Part shown: one piece after another, positions 9,480 through 18,554 of the stretch
Position numbering within the stretch: the stretch's first letter is position 1
Layout of the letters: every line of letters starts with the position of its first letter
Assembly (NCBI GenBank): GCA_038207085.1
Contig: JBBRAE010000017.1
Span: forward strand, 1 to 60,344
Length of the DNA stretch: 60,344 bases
DNA from: Armatimonadota bacterium
Lineage (GTDB): Bacteria > Armatimonadota > UBA5829 > DTLH01
Direction of reading: 5' to 3'
Program-made: the position numbers and the translations under genes
The notes under the pieces: generated by a model
What the model was told of the DNA's origin: nothing
Seen by the model: only the letters and a program-made list of their open reading frames with translations
The model's database searches: none

Positions 9480-9560
9480 CTAGCCTGCATTATTCACGAG
9501 GAGCGTGAATAACGCTTTGCTAGCGAGAGCTTTATTCGCTTCACGAATAAAGCAGGCTAG
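9480..9560. repeat. 81-bp multi-hairpin repeat element, copy 1
   Basis: 71/81 identical (hand alignment) to the reverse complement of 33244-33324; terminal inverted repeat CTAGCCTGC/GCAGGCTAG. Confidence 0.85.
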
Positions 9561-10633
9561 AGATATTCCCCGCAGCCCTGCTCTTCGAGCTTGTCGAGTA
9601 GTGCTTTCACGTCCTGGGAGCGGCCTTTGGGGCAGATCATCAAGACGTCGCCTGAGTCGACTATGATCATGTTGTCCAGCCCGACGGTGGCGATTAGCTT
9701 GTTTCCGGCGTGGATCAGGCTGTTGTGGGTATCGACGCCGACGTGCTTGCCGATCACAACGTTGCCGTCGTCCTCGGTTGAAAGCAGGTCGTGGAGCGCG
9801 GCCCAGCTGCCGATGTCGCTCCAACCGATGTCGGCGGGCATCACTAGCACCTTTTCGGCTTTTTCCATGATCGCGTAGTCGACGGAGATACTCGGAAGAT
9901 CTTTGTAGACCTTCTGGAAGGCTTCTTCTTCCTCTGGAGTTCCAAGCGCCGCCTTGTACTCCATCAGCCCCTTGTAGATCTCGGGAGCATGTTTGGCGAA
10001 CAGATCAAGGATCGTGCTGCACTTCCAGACGAACATGCCACTGTTCCAGACATATTTCCAAGAAGCGACGTAGTGCTCGGCGGTCGCGAGGTCGGGTTTC
10101 TCCTTGAAACTCTTCACCCAAAAGACCTCGTCACTGTCCGAGGACTTGAACACGTGGCCGATCTCGATGTAGCCGTAGCCTGTCTCGGGATAGGTAGGCT
10201 TGATGCCGAGAGTGAGCAGGCACTCGGGGTCGCTCTTGATGACCTCCTCGGCGAAGTTCAAGACCCTCATGAAGTCGTCGCCCTTGGATATATAGTGGTC
10301 CGCGGGAAGGACGAGCATAATCGCGTCGGGGTCGCGCTCCTGGAGCACCACCGCCATCGTCCCGACCGCCGGAGCGGTGTTGCGGGCAATCGGCTCGGCT
10401 ACCACGTTTGACAGCGGAAGCTCGGAAAGCTGCTCCCTGATCTGCTTGGTGTGGCTCTTGTTCGCGATGATGTTGACGTGCTCGCGGTCCATGATCGGCG
10501 CTAGCCGGGAAACTGTATCCTGAAGGAGGCTGTTTTCTCCGGTGAGGCTATGGAACTGCTTCGGCTGTTTCTTTCGCGACCTCGGCCACAGCCTCGTGCC
10601 CGATCCACCCGCCATAATAACTGCATGCATCAT
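9557..10633 (-). CDS. manC: Mannose-1-phosphate guanylyltransferase
   Basis: VIMAGGSGTRLWPRSR, EPIARNTAPA, LPADH, PETGYGYI, FKEKP, WNSGMF, WSDIGSW. Confidence 0.93.
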   Translation of the reverse strand: MMHAVIMAGGSGTRLWPRSRKKQPKQFHSLTGENSLLQDTVSRLAPIMDREHVNIIANKSHTKQIREQLSELPLSNVVAEPIARNTAPAVGTMAVVLQERDPDAIMLVLPADHYISKGDDFMRVLNFAEEVIKSDPECLLTLGIKPTYPETGYGYIEIGHVFKSSDSDEVFWVKSFKEKPDLATAEHYVASWKYVWNSGMFVWKCSTILDLFAKHAPEIYKGLMEYKAALGTPEEEEAFQKVYKDLPSISVDYAIMEKAEKVLVMPADIGWSDIGSWAALHDLLSTEDDGNVVIGKHVGVDTHNSLIHAGNKLIATVGLDNMIIVDSGDVLMICPKGRSQDVKALLDKLEEQGCGEYL

Positions 10634-10876
10634 TTCTATTGAGTTCTCCAGTATATGATTGCTTGACTGATTTTTTAGGATACCAGGATTATCCTGTTTT
10701 CACACATTCCTGGTGCACGCTTAACTAATATCTGCGCGAATGCCGCAGCAGGTGTTTCCGCGTGCGAGGCCTCGTAGATAGATGTGTGGAATCTACCGCA
10801 TATAGGTTAATCCAACACTAGGGAAGCCTTCGCATCCCACCCAACAATATCAGACAGGCCCGCCCAGCGTCAAGCA

Positions 10877-10905
10877 TTGTCGAAACCCCGCTAAGCGGGT
10901 ACAAT
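10877..10905 (+). promoter_or_regulatory. Putative sigma70 promoter of htpX
   Basis: TTGTCG-17 nt-TACAAT. Confidence 0.45.
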
Positions 10906-10990
10906 ATATAAGAAACGCGGAACTCCGTGGCAGCCGGACGCGTATATACAGATGGATACCCACTGTATACGGAGGGCAAGGTATCTAAAG

Positions 10991-11866
10991 ATGAACTGGA
11001 TAAAGACTTTTCTATTGATGGGAATAATGACGGCGATCATTATGCTGGTCGGCGAACTTGTCGGCGGCAGGCAGGGGATGATATTCGCCTTTGTGATCGC
11101 TGGAGCGATGAACTTCGTCAGCTACTGGTACAGCGACAAGATCGTGCTCGCGATGTATAGAGCGCGCCCGGTGAGCGAGTCCGAAGAGCCCGAGCTTTAC
11201 CGAATGATCGAGAACCTGACAAGGCAGGCGGGGCTTCCGATGCCAAAGCTCTATATGATGGAGATGGACGTGCCGAATGCGTTTGCTACGGGGCGCGACC
11301 CCAATCACGCCGCAGTTGCCGTGACAACGGGGCTGATGCGTATACTCGACAAGTCCGAGGTGGAGGGGGTGATCGCACACGAGCTCGCTCACGTGAAGAA
11401 CCGGGATATATTGATCGGGACGATCGCTGCGACGATGGCCGGTGCGATTATGATGATCGCTCGTATGGCTCAGTTTGCCGCGATCTTCGGTGGTGGTCGA
11501 AACGATGAAAACGACCGAGGAGGAATCGGCCTCATCGTTGCGGCGATAGTCGCGCCGATTGCGGCGCTGATGGTGCAGATGGCGATCAGCCGCTCCCGGG
11601 AGTACGGGGCCGATGCGACCGGCGCTGAGATATCAGGTAAGCCCCTGAACCTCGCCAACGCGCTGCTTAAGCTTGAGCGAGGCAACGAAGCGATCCCCGC
11701 CGACGTGCAGCCAGCGACCGCGCACATGTTCATAGTAAACCCGCTTCACGGCGGCATCGGGTCGCTTTTCAGCACCCACCCACCGATCCCCGCGCGCGTG
11801 GAACGCCTCCGGGCAATGGCCGAACAGCCGAAAACCTATCAATCACGCGAAAATTGGACCGAATAA
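10991..11866 (+). CDS. htpX: Zinc metalloprotease HtpX
   Basis: PNAFATGR, HELAH, AISRSREYGAD, FSTHPP; start MNWIKT at 10991 fits the family N-terminus. Confidence 0.93.
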   Translation: MNWIKTFLLMGIMTAIIMLVGELVGGRQGMIFAFVIAGAMNFVSYWYSDKIVLAMYRARPVSESEEPELYRMIENLTRQAGLPMPKLYMMEMDVPNAFATGRDPNHAAVAVTTGLMRILDKSEVEGVIAHELAHVKNRDILIGTIAATMAGAIMMIARMAQFAAIFGGGRNDENDRGGIGLIVAAIVAPIAALMVQMAISRSREYGADATGAEISGKPLNLANALLKLERGNEAIPADVQPATAHMFIVNPLHGGIGSLFSTHPPIPARVERLRAMAEQPKTYQSRENWTE

Positions 11867-11870
11867 CCGC

Positions 11871-11899
11871 TTGACGAGCCGTGCTGCCATTGCTATAAT
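11871..11899 (+). promoter_or_regulatory. Sigma70 promoter of tRNA-Leu
   Basis: TTGACG-17 nt-TATAAT with TG extension. Confidence 0.8.
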
Positions 11900-11910
11900 G
11901 GATATGTTGT

Positions 11911-11996
11911 GCCGCAGTGGCGGAATGGCAGACGCGCATGGTTCAGGACCATGTACACGCAAGTGTGTGGAGGTTCAACTCCTCTCTGCGGCACCA
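11911..11996 (+). tRNA. tRNA-Leu (anticodon CAG)
   Basis: Acceptor GCCGCAG/CTGCGGC, anticodon arm CATGG-TTCAGGA-CCATG, long variable arm, GTTCAACTC T-loop, encoded CCA. Confidence 0.97.
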
Positions 11997-11999
11997 TAC

Positions 12000-12035
12000 A
12001 AGGGGTAGTAGTCTCATCGACTGCTGCCCCTTTAT
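12000..12035 (+). terminator. Terminator after tRNA-Leu
   Basis: AAGGGGTAGTAGTC-loop-GACTGCTGCCCCTT followed by a T-rich tail. Confidence 0.6.
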
Positions 12036-12205
12036 CTTGTACGCCTTCACAAATACTTCACGATTATGAACAGCGGCTTTTGCGAACCATGGACACGAGC
12101 TGCACCCGCTGATACCTCTGTTAACCCCATTGTACTGTGCCTGGCAACATGTGCAGCCTGAACGATTACGTGAGCCTGTTCAAGAGGTTCTTTGGAGCCT
12201 GAGAC

Positions 12206-12245
12206 AAAAACAAGTCGCCCCGGAAGTATTGACTTCCGGGGCGAC
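12206..12245 (-). terminator. Terminator of the cysteine protease gene
   Basis: 14-bp perfect stem GTCGCCCCGGAAGT/ACTTCCGGGGCGAC plus a T-rich tail on the minus strand. Confidence 0.75.
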
Positions 12246-12256
12246 CGTCGTTCTCA

Positions 12257-15019
12257 TTACCTGCCTCTATTGGGCCGTTTGATTATGTTCTGCGCTGTCT
12301 GATCCGTGGTGAACCTAAGCGCCATGCCGTTTGCAAGTGTCGCTCTGTTGATCGAGAACAGGCACGCGGACTTGCCGAGGTCGTCCTCGATCCCTACCGT
12401 CGCGCTCCGACCTGCTCCATAGACCAGGTTCGACGCGGCTACTTCCTGATACTGGATGATGATATCGTTCGAACCCTCGCAGAGCATCGCCTGGAAGCTG
12501 AACTTAGCAGTCGATGCGAAGTACTGCGGCACTCCCACCCAGCTTACCACGAACCGGCGGTTCGGCGCCGATCCAATCGTCCCATACCGAATAGTCCCGG
12601 ACGGCGGGTTGAGATCATCCCAGAGCGGGCAGATCACCGCGTTCGGGGTCGAGAGGTATGGCAGAGTCGTGTTGTTCGGGGTGGACATCCCTGTCCCAAG
12701 GAACCCGATCAGCCCGTTTGAGCCGACATAGACCTTGGTATAGGACTTGCCGTAAAACCCGAAGGTAAACGGAATCGCAAGCGCGTAGCTCACGGAGTCG
12801 TCCGATAGGTATGCCCTGGTGTGAGTGCTCGAATCGACCCAGCTGTAACCTGTCTGGACCACTTTGTAACTCCCAGAAGGAGGGGGGGAAGTGGTGGTCA
12901 CAGACAGGCTGACAGGTCTGGTAGCGCTGCCCGCGCCGTTGGTGGCGTTGGTGAAGCTGACCGTGTCCGAATAGCTTCCGGCGGCGAGAGATGCAGCCGC
13001 GGAGTTGATCGACACAGTCACCGTCGCGCTTGCTCCGGCGTTGAGCGTTCCGCCAGAGCTTGAGATCGTGACCCAGGGCTGGGTGTTGGCGGCGGTCCAG
13101 GAGATCACTGTGCCGCCGGTGTTCTTCAGTGTAAACGACAGAGCCGACGAGCTAAACGGTCCGCCGACGCCGCCTGAGGAGGCAAGTCCGGTCGACGGAG
13201 TGACCGTGAGGTTCCCGGCGGTCGGCGTCGGGTTGACGGTGAGCGACAGGTTTCGGGTCGTGCTTCCTACGCCGTTTGTGGTGTTTGTGAAGCTGACCGT
13301 GCCCGTGTAGCTTCCCGCCGCAAACGAGTTTGCTTCGGCGCCGAGGGAAACCGTGACCGTTGCGTTTGCTCCGGCCTGAAGGGTCCCGGATGTCGCCGAG
13401 AGCCCAGCCCAGGTCGCCGAGGAGTTGGCCGTCCAAGAGACGTCTGCATTACCGGTGTTTGTCAGCGTGTAAGTCGCGCTTGTGGGCGAGAACGGACCGC
13501 CGATCTGGCCCGAAGCGCTCATGCCGGTTGTCGGGGTGACCGAAAGCGCGCCCGTGGCTGGAGGAGGAGTCCCCCCACCCTGCCGCGCAAACGCCTTCAG
13601 GCAGACATTGGTGTTAGCGTAACTCGAAGCTACATCAGTCCAAGTGCTGCCACTGCTGCTCATATAGCTCTGGCCAGTCGAAGCTGTCGCATAGCTCGCG
13701 AAGCCGCCCATCGGCTTCTCAAGCGGGATCGGGTAGCCGTATCCCGGGGTAGTCACTTTGACCACCACAGAGAACTTCTGGCCCGCGGTTACGGCGACGG
13801 GGGTATCGAGCGCTACGGTATGGTACCCCGCAGTCTCAATAACGCCAGTCTTGATCGCGACAGGCCCAGAAGAGCTCACCGGACCACTGGTAGGGTTCAG
13901 GTAGACGCGAAGCTCGTAGCTTGCGTTGTTGGAAGATGCGTAGAGTCCCGCAGCGGAGATGTTCGAGCTTGTTGTTGCCGTAAAGACGTTCGCAAACCAC
14001 GCGGTGTTGTTGCCATATCCTGTGCTCGTGACCCAGCCGAGGGTGTCGTACTGGTAGACCTGATCGTAGCTTGGGGTCGACTGGGCGATGAACGCCGCGT
14101 TTGATATCCCAAGCTTTGAGTCATAGTAGGACATATAGAAGTATCCGGACTGGCCCCAGTAGCTGCCCCAACTGTTGCGCATGATAAACGCGCCGTTGGC
14201 GGGTGCGGGGGTTCGGAACTTGTTGCGGTCAAAATTGTCGTCCCAGCCCACGATACAGACCGCGTGGTTGCCCTGCGATGTGCCGTTGTAGTAGTAGGCG
14301 TAGGTTGAGCTGTTGTAGTAGGTGTCGTTGTGATAATAGGAGGTGTACACCGCTCCATAGGCCATAACGGCCTGCTTCAGGGCATCGTTATCGAGCGAAC
14401 CTGTGCGGTCGGCGATAAAGACGACATCCTGAATGTGCCGGGCCGAGGGGAGTCCCTGCGGGGAGGCGCAGCTTCCTGCGTTGTAGGGGTCGGCCGATTC
14501 GCTCACGGCACCTGCCCATCTCGCGAGGTACGCGGTGGACATCGTTCTGTTGCCGCCTGAACAGCAGGATAGGTCGAAGCCTGCCAGGTTCTTCAGGTTA
14601 TTCTCCGAGCCGTCGAAACTGTCGTTGGGCATCATGGAAGACTCAAGCGATCCAAACGTCGCAAAGCTCCAGCAACTTCCGCACGAGCCCTGGTTTCTGA
14701 CAGCGGTCAGTTTGCCGAGAGTGCGCAGATCGTAGAAAGTGGGGAGTGAGAGAATTTCCAGGGAGCTTGTGCTCGGCCCGCTCGACAGGTGGCTGAGGTC
14801 GATAGTCTCGGGAATGAGTCCTGAGACGGGCTCACCGATCGGCAGGTTGTTCGTCGAATAAACAGGCTGTTCAAGATACTGTAAGAATGCCGGGTTGACC
14901 GGCGCGAGCATCGGGGTCTCCGAGTCCTGCGCCATCAAAGGCATCCCTGAAGAAAGGACCAAAGCAGCAAACAAGCCGATAACGGCAGCCGCTCTGGTCA
15001 AGTAGGCGTTTGTAATCAT
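12257..15019 (-). CDS. Secreted papain-family (C1A) cysteine protease with a lectin-like domain, two BACON-like repeats and a C-terminal NIDO-like domain
   Basis: QGSCGSCWSF, NHAVCIVGWDD, RNSWG catalytic motifs; two L-x-VTP...GGPFS...TL-x-NTG repeats; IPFTFGFYG...PLWDDL tail; signal peptide. Confidence 0.9.
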   Translation of the reverse strand: MITNAYLTRAAAVIGLFAALVLSSGMPLMAQDSETPMLAPVNPAFLQYLEQPVYSTNNLPIGEPVSGLIPETIDLSHLSSGPSTSSLEILSLPTFYDLRTLGKLTAVRNQGSCGSCWSFATFGSLESSMMPNDSFDGSENNLKNLAGFDLSCCSGGNRTMSTAYLARWAGAVSESADPYNAGSCASPQGLPSARHIQDVVFIADRTGSLDNDALKQAVMAYGAVYTSYYHNDTYYNSSTYAYYYNGTSQGNHAVCIVGWDDNFDRNKFRTPAPANGAFIMRNSWGSYWGQSGYFYMSYYDSKLGISNAAFIAQSTPSYDQVYQYDTLGWVTSTGYGNNTAWFANVFTATTSSNISAAGLYASSNNASYELRVYLNPTSGPVSSSGPVAIKTGVIETAGYHTVALDTPVAVTAGQKFSVVVKVTTPGYGYPIPLEKPMGGFASYATASTGQSYMSSSGSTWTDVASSYANTNVCLKAFARQGGGTPPPATGALSVTPTTGMSASGQIGGPFSPTSATYTLTNTGNADVSWTANSSATWAGLSATSGTLQAGANATVTVSLGAEANSFAAGSYTGTVSFTNTTNGVGSTTRNLSLTVNPTPTAGNLTVTPSTGLASSGGVGGPFSSSALSFTLKNTGGTVISWTAANTQPWVTISSSGGTLNAGASATVTVSINSAAASLAAGSYSDTVSFTNATNGAGSATRPVSLSVTTTSPPPSGSYKVVQTGYSWVDSSTHTRAYLSDDSVSYALAIPFTFGFYGKSYTKVYVGSNGLIGFLGTGMSTPNNTTLPYLSTPNAVICPLWDDLNPPSGTIRYGTIGSAPNRRFVVSWVGVPQYFASTAKFSFQAMLCEGSNDIIIQYQEVAASNLVYGAGRSATVGIEDDLGKSACLFSINRATLANGMALRFTTDQTAQNIIKRPNRGR

Positions 15020-15272
15020 CTACTAACCATCCTTTCACCGAATCCTTGATTTGTGGGGATTATCCCTGCCAAGTCCGCCCGGGGACGTGCGCGGCGGCTC
15101 AGCTATTGCCATGCTATTAGATGCGCTTCCAATGTAATCGTTCCGTAGAGTGAGGAATATTTATCCAGACACAAATAGGGGTTGTGGGGAAATGCAAAAT
15201 TGGGAACTGGCGAGGGTTGGGAGGTTTGGCTAGCTTCCCTTGGTTGTAGTACGTCCTTTGATTTGTGGAGCG

Positions 15273-15296
15273 CACCCTTCGAGAGCCTCAGGGTGA
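15273..15296. repeat. CCCTTCGA-type short palindromic repeat
   Basis: CACCCTTCGAGAGCCTCAGGGTGA resembles the CCCTTCGACAGGCTCAGGG element I recall from many bacterial intergenic regions. Confidence 0.45.
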
Positions 15297-15342
15297 GGGG
15301 TTGGTTTGGGTGGAGGTATGAGAGATTGTGCGGCGTTCACCT

Positions 15343-15478
15343 ATGTTGGCCCGGGTTGGGCCGATGTTGGCCGATGTTGGCCCGGATTTGCAATCCGGGC
15401 TTTCTTGGCAAGCAAGGGATCTGCGATCCCGGTCTTTCGGCGTCATCCAATCTACTGGCATCACAGATCCGGACGAAC
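15343..15478. repeat. Composite REP/BIME-like repeat, copy A
   Basis: About 100 bp collinear with 26279-26377; built from GGAT-N-ATCC palindromes. Confidence 0.85.
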
Positions 15479-15510
15479 GAGAGTACGGCCTATACCTACC
15501 CCCTGTTCTT

Positions 15511-15909
15511 CTATTTTTCGGGTTCGAGCTCGATGGATTCGGAGTTGATGCAGTAGCGGAGGCCGGTTGGGCCGGGGCCGTCGTCGAAGACGTGGCCGAG
15601 GTGGCCTGCGCAGTTGCCGCACAGAACCTCTTTGCGGATCACGCCGTGGCTGCGGTCTGTCTCGGACTCTACGTTCATCTCGCTTACGGGGTAGGAAAAA
15701 CTAGGCCAGCCGCAGCTTGAGTCGAACTTCGCATCGGACTCGAAAAGCTCCTGGCCGCAGGCCGCGCATTTGTAGACTCCTTTGCGGTGCTCGCGCCAGT
15801 ATTTGCCTTTAAACGGCTGCTCCGTGCCCTTTTCACGCAAAATATGATACTGCTCCGGTGTAAGTTCTTCGCGCCATTGTTCGTCTGTCTTATTGATCTT
15901 CTCTTTCAT
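15511..15909 (-). CDS. msrB: Peptide-methionine (R)-S-oxide reductase
   Basis: KFDSSCGWPSF, GHLGHVFDDGP, RYCINS. Confidence 0.96.
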   Translation of the reverse strand: MKEKINKTDEQWREELTPEQYHILREKGTEQPFKGKYWREHRKGVYKCAACGQELFESDAKFDSSCGWPSFSYPVSEMNVESETDRSHGVIRKEVLCGNCAGHLGHVFDDGPGPTGLRYCINSESIELEPEK

Positions 15910-16136
15910 AGTAATATCCCTGGTGTCGGATTAACTTGAATGCGGGACTGCCGACTTTGCTAAAATAATATACCAACATCAGTCTCTATATACACCTGGC
16001 GCAGAGCTGCGTGCTTGACCAAGATGCACTGTTTCTTAAATTTCGTGCGAGCTACTTGACTGTCAGGCAGCGGCATGCTATTAATTAAAATGGTCTATTT
16101 CTCACAGATAATAGGCCGAAAAGGAGGTACGCAACA

Positions 16137-17096
16137 ATGAATAAGAGGATAGTCTGCTGGCTTGCAATGGGAATGCTGGCAGCGGCGCTTCTTGCATCGG
16201 GAGTCGCGGCTCAGACCGAGATTGTCCCGGACGCCGGAGTGCGCGGGAGTGGTGTGGTCATGTTCACAGCTACCCAGAGCATGGCACAGTTCGATGTCAA
16301 TGTCACCCGTGTGGGGACGAATCTTTTCGGTGGACTGAAGTGGGTTGAGGCTGTTCCATCATCCACAACTGCAAACACAACCAGACCGAACGTCGTCGTC
16401 ACCAAAGAGGTGAAGTCGCTCCGATTCCTCGCCGCCAACCACATCGTTGTCGAAGCGGTCGGCTACTGGAACGACAGGCTCTCGAACATCAGGTTCGAAG
16501 CGCTCGACGACCTCGCCGGTGACTTCGTGCACGTCACCGCAACGACCATCGTGCCGACTGGCTCACGTATGCCTACAATGATCTATGACAAGTCAGGTGG
16601 AGTCGCCAAGGGCAACGTAGCCGTCTTCGGCAAGCCACTTTCGGGCAATTTCTCTAAGGGAAGCGGCACGATCTCGGTCTCAAGCACCCTCCCGCTGATC
16701 GGTCAGTTCAACTTCAGCGCGCAGTCGGCCCCGTCCGGGACCTCCGGCGTGCTGCAGTACGCTGTGATCAACCCGCTCGCGATGTCTCCGATCATCAGGC
16801 CTGCGATTATGATCCAGGTGCGCAAGTTCAATGTGCTCAAGGTCGACGGCAACACCGCGATCATGGTCGGCCCCGGCACGCTTAACGGCGTCGCCGCTAG
16901 GATCACCCTGGCCGTAAGCGACAACTACAAGCCAGGCACGCAGACTGCGACGGGCTTCGCTCCGGCTGCGGACACATTCAAGATCGAGGCAGTGCCGACA
17001 GCGATCAGCTCTTCGGTTAAGCCTTACGCCGCCTCCGGCCCGCTCACCAAGGGCGATTTGGTCGTGGGTGAGATCCAGATATCAGCAACTAAATAA
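16137..17096 (+). CDS. Secreted protein with two tandem beta-rich domains resembling post-COAP-1
   Basis: Signal peptide; AAGGAGG RBS; internal duplication (GSGVV..FDVN..GGVAKGNV / GSGTI..FNFS..GPLTKGDL). Confidence 0.8.
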   Translation: MNKRIVCWLAMGMLAAALLASGVAAQTEIVPDAGVRGSGVVMFTATQSMAQFDVNVTRVGTNLFGGLKWVEAVPSSTTANTTRPNVVVTKEVKSLRFLAANHIVVEAVGYWNDRLSNIRFEALDDLAGDFVHVTATTIVPTGSRMPTMIYDKSGGVAKGNVAVFGKPLSGNFSKGSGTISVSSTLPLIGQFNFSAQSAPSGTSGVLQYAVINPLAMSPIIRPAIMIQVRKFNVLKVDGNTAIMVGPGTLNGVAARITLAVSDNYKPGTQTATGFAPAADTFKIEAVPTAISSSVKPYAASGPLTKGDLVVGEIQISATK

Positions 17097-17104
17097 GTGA
17101 CACA

Positions 17105-17314
17105 TTGTGGGCGGTGGACAGGAGCGGAGCCAAAGCCGGTTGGGATGACCAACGCGACGGCTCGGGGGTGCGCGTCAAATGCATGCTTCCGGCGGGAGTG
17201 TCGGCGCCTTCGGGGTTCGCTCGGGTAACTGGGATAAGTTCATGTGAGGACGACGGATCCGGGAACCTGCTTCGACTGCTTCGGGTGAGGGACGGTGGGG
17301 ATATCAACCAGTAA
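17105..17314 (+). pseudogene. Orphan remnant of the shared C-terminal module
   Basis: DGSGVRVKC...P...VTGISSCE...RLLRVR..DI aligns with the last ~50 aa of the 58606 and 269 proteins; no RBS or signal peptide. Confidence 0.6.
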
Positions 17315-17337
17315 TAGTTGAGTCAGGCGCCAAAATC

Positions 17338-17374
17338 AAACGGCCCTCGGCAGATAGTCGCCGAGGGCCGTTTT
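17338..17374. terminator. Bidirectional terminator
   Basis: AAA-CGGCCCTCGGC-loop-GCCGAGGGCCG-TTTT between convergent genes. Confidence 0.8.
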
Positions 17375-17390
17375 AGTGTTCTGTTAGTAT

Positions 17391-18050
17391 TTACTTTCGT
17401 CTGCGGGCGATCACCGCGAGCGGTCCGGCTGCGGCCAGGAGGCCGAGGAGCGCAGAGGGCTCGGGAGTGGTTGGCGAACCGGGAACTCCCGGGGCCCAGG
17501 CCACCGCATCGGCGGTACCGTGGTCGATTGCAAACATCCGTCCTGCCACAGGAGCGCCCTTTGATACGACGTAGTATGTGACGGTGTGCTCACCGGCTAG
17601 CACATAGGTTAAGTGGTCCGTATACTTGCAGGAGTAAAACCCGCCTGCTTCGGCGTCATAGGTGATCGTGTAGCCTTCCGTGACAGACTGGACAGGAAGC
17701 TTGCCTCCGGTGAGGAACCCTATCGGCGAGTTTGCGTTCAGATATCCGAACTGGCTTGGGTTGTAGACCTCGGAAAACCCGAAGACTTCAAGCACGGATT
17801 TGCCTGAGTTCTCCGCCTGATAGAGATAGAGATACTCCCCACTCGACAGACTGAACGCCTGGCTGGCAAATGTGCCGGTGAATGTGTTGTTGTAGTTGTA
17901 GTTGCTGGTGATCAACGCTCCGGCGACGCTGTTTGCGCCGAACGAAGCAAAATCACTGCCGACGAAACTGGTGACGTTCTGCGGCACTGCCAAGGCGGCA
18001 GCGGCAGATGCGAGCGCAAGCCCGCACACAAATGCATAACGAATCTTCAT
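17391..18050 (-). CDS. PEP-CTERM sorting-domain protein
   Basis: Signal peptide; C-terminus TPEPSALLGLLAAAGPLAVIARRRK. Confidence 0.9.
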   Translation of the reverse strand: MKIRYAFVCGLALASAAAALAVPQNVTSFVGSDFASFGANSVAGALITSNYNYNNTFTGTFASQAFSLSSGEYLYLYQAENSGKSVLEVFGFSEVYNPSQFGYLNANSPIGFLTGGKLPVQSVTEGYTITYDAEAGGFYSCKYTDHLTYVLAGEHTVTYYVVSKGAPVAGRMFAIDHGTADAVAWAPGVPGSPTTPEPSALLGLLAAAGPLAVIARRRK

Positions 18051-18554
18051 ATTAACTTCTTCCCCTTTATAAAATGTGTCTGGTTGTGACCAGCATTACA
18101 ATTCCGCTCTCGACTCAGCCGCGAAACAGACGCGCCGACCAGCCAAGATGCGTTTTATGAAGGGGAAAGTAATGCTTTGCCCATATCCCCTTGCACTGAA
18201 GGCAAACCCCGTTCGCAAGTTCCCTTGCGAACTTCCCTCATCTATCCTAGTGCAATGGCGCCCTCAGCAGATTCACGACAGTTGTGACTTGTCAGGCATA
18301 TTAGAAGCAATCTGCCTATTGGCCCCTACTGTCAATAGACCAATTCATCGTATGACGCCAGTGCCTATCTCTATGGCATGATACCCTGTGTATGGTTGTC
18401 AGTCAAGGCTGATTAGCAGGAATTAGGCATAAACTAGCAATTGTACGGGGTTAAGGGAGTACCCTGCAAGGATGATGTCATCTTCTTGAGAAGAGACGGT
18501 AACAATACCCGCCCGGTGGCGAAGCCTTTTTCCACAGTGGCGGGATATTGGCCG

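Noticed and set aside
11911..12250. tRNA-Leu as an integration site
   Set aside because: No integrase and no duplicated tRNA 3' end noticed in the window
18110..18235. c-di-GMP-I riboswitch upstream of the PEP-CTERM gene (GGCAAA motifs)
   Set aside because: No GNRA-capped P2 or ACGCAAAGC junction in the right order and strand
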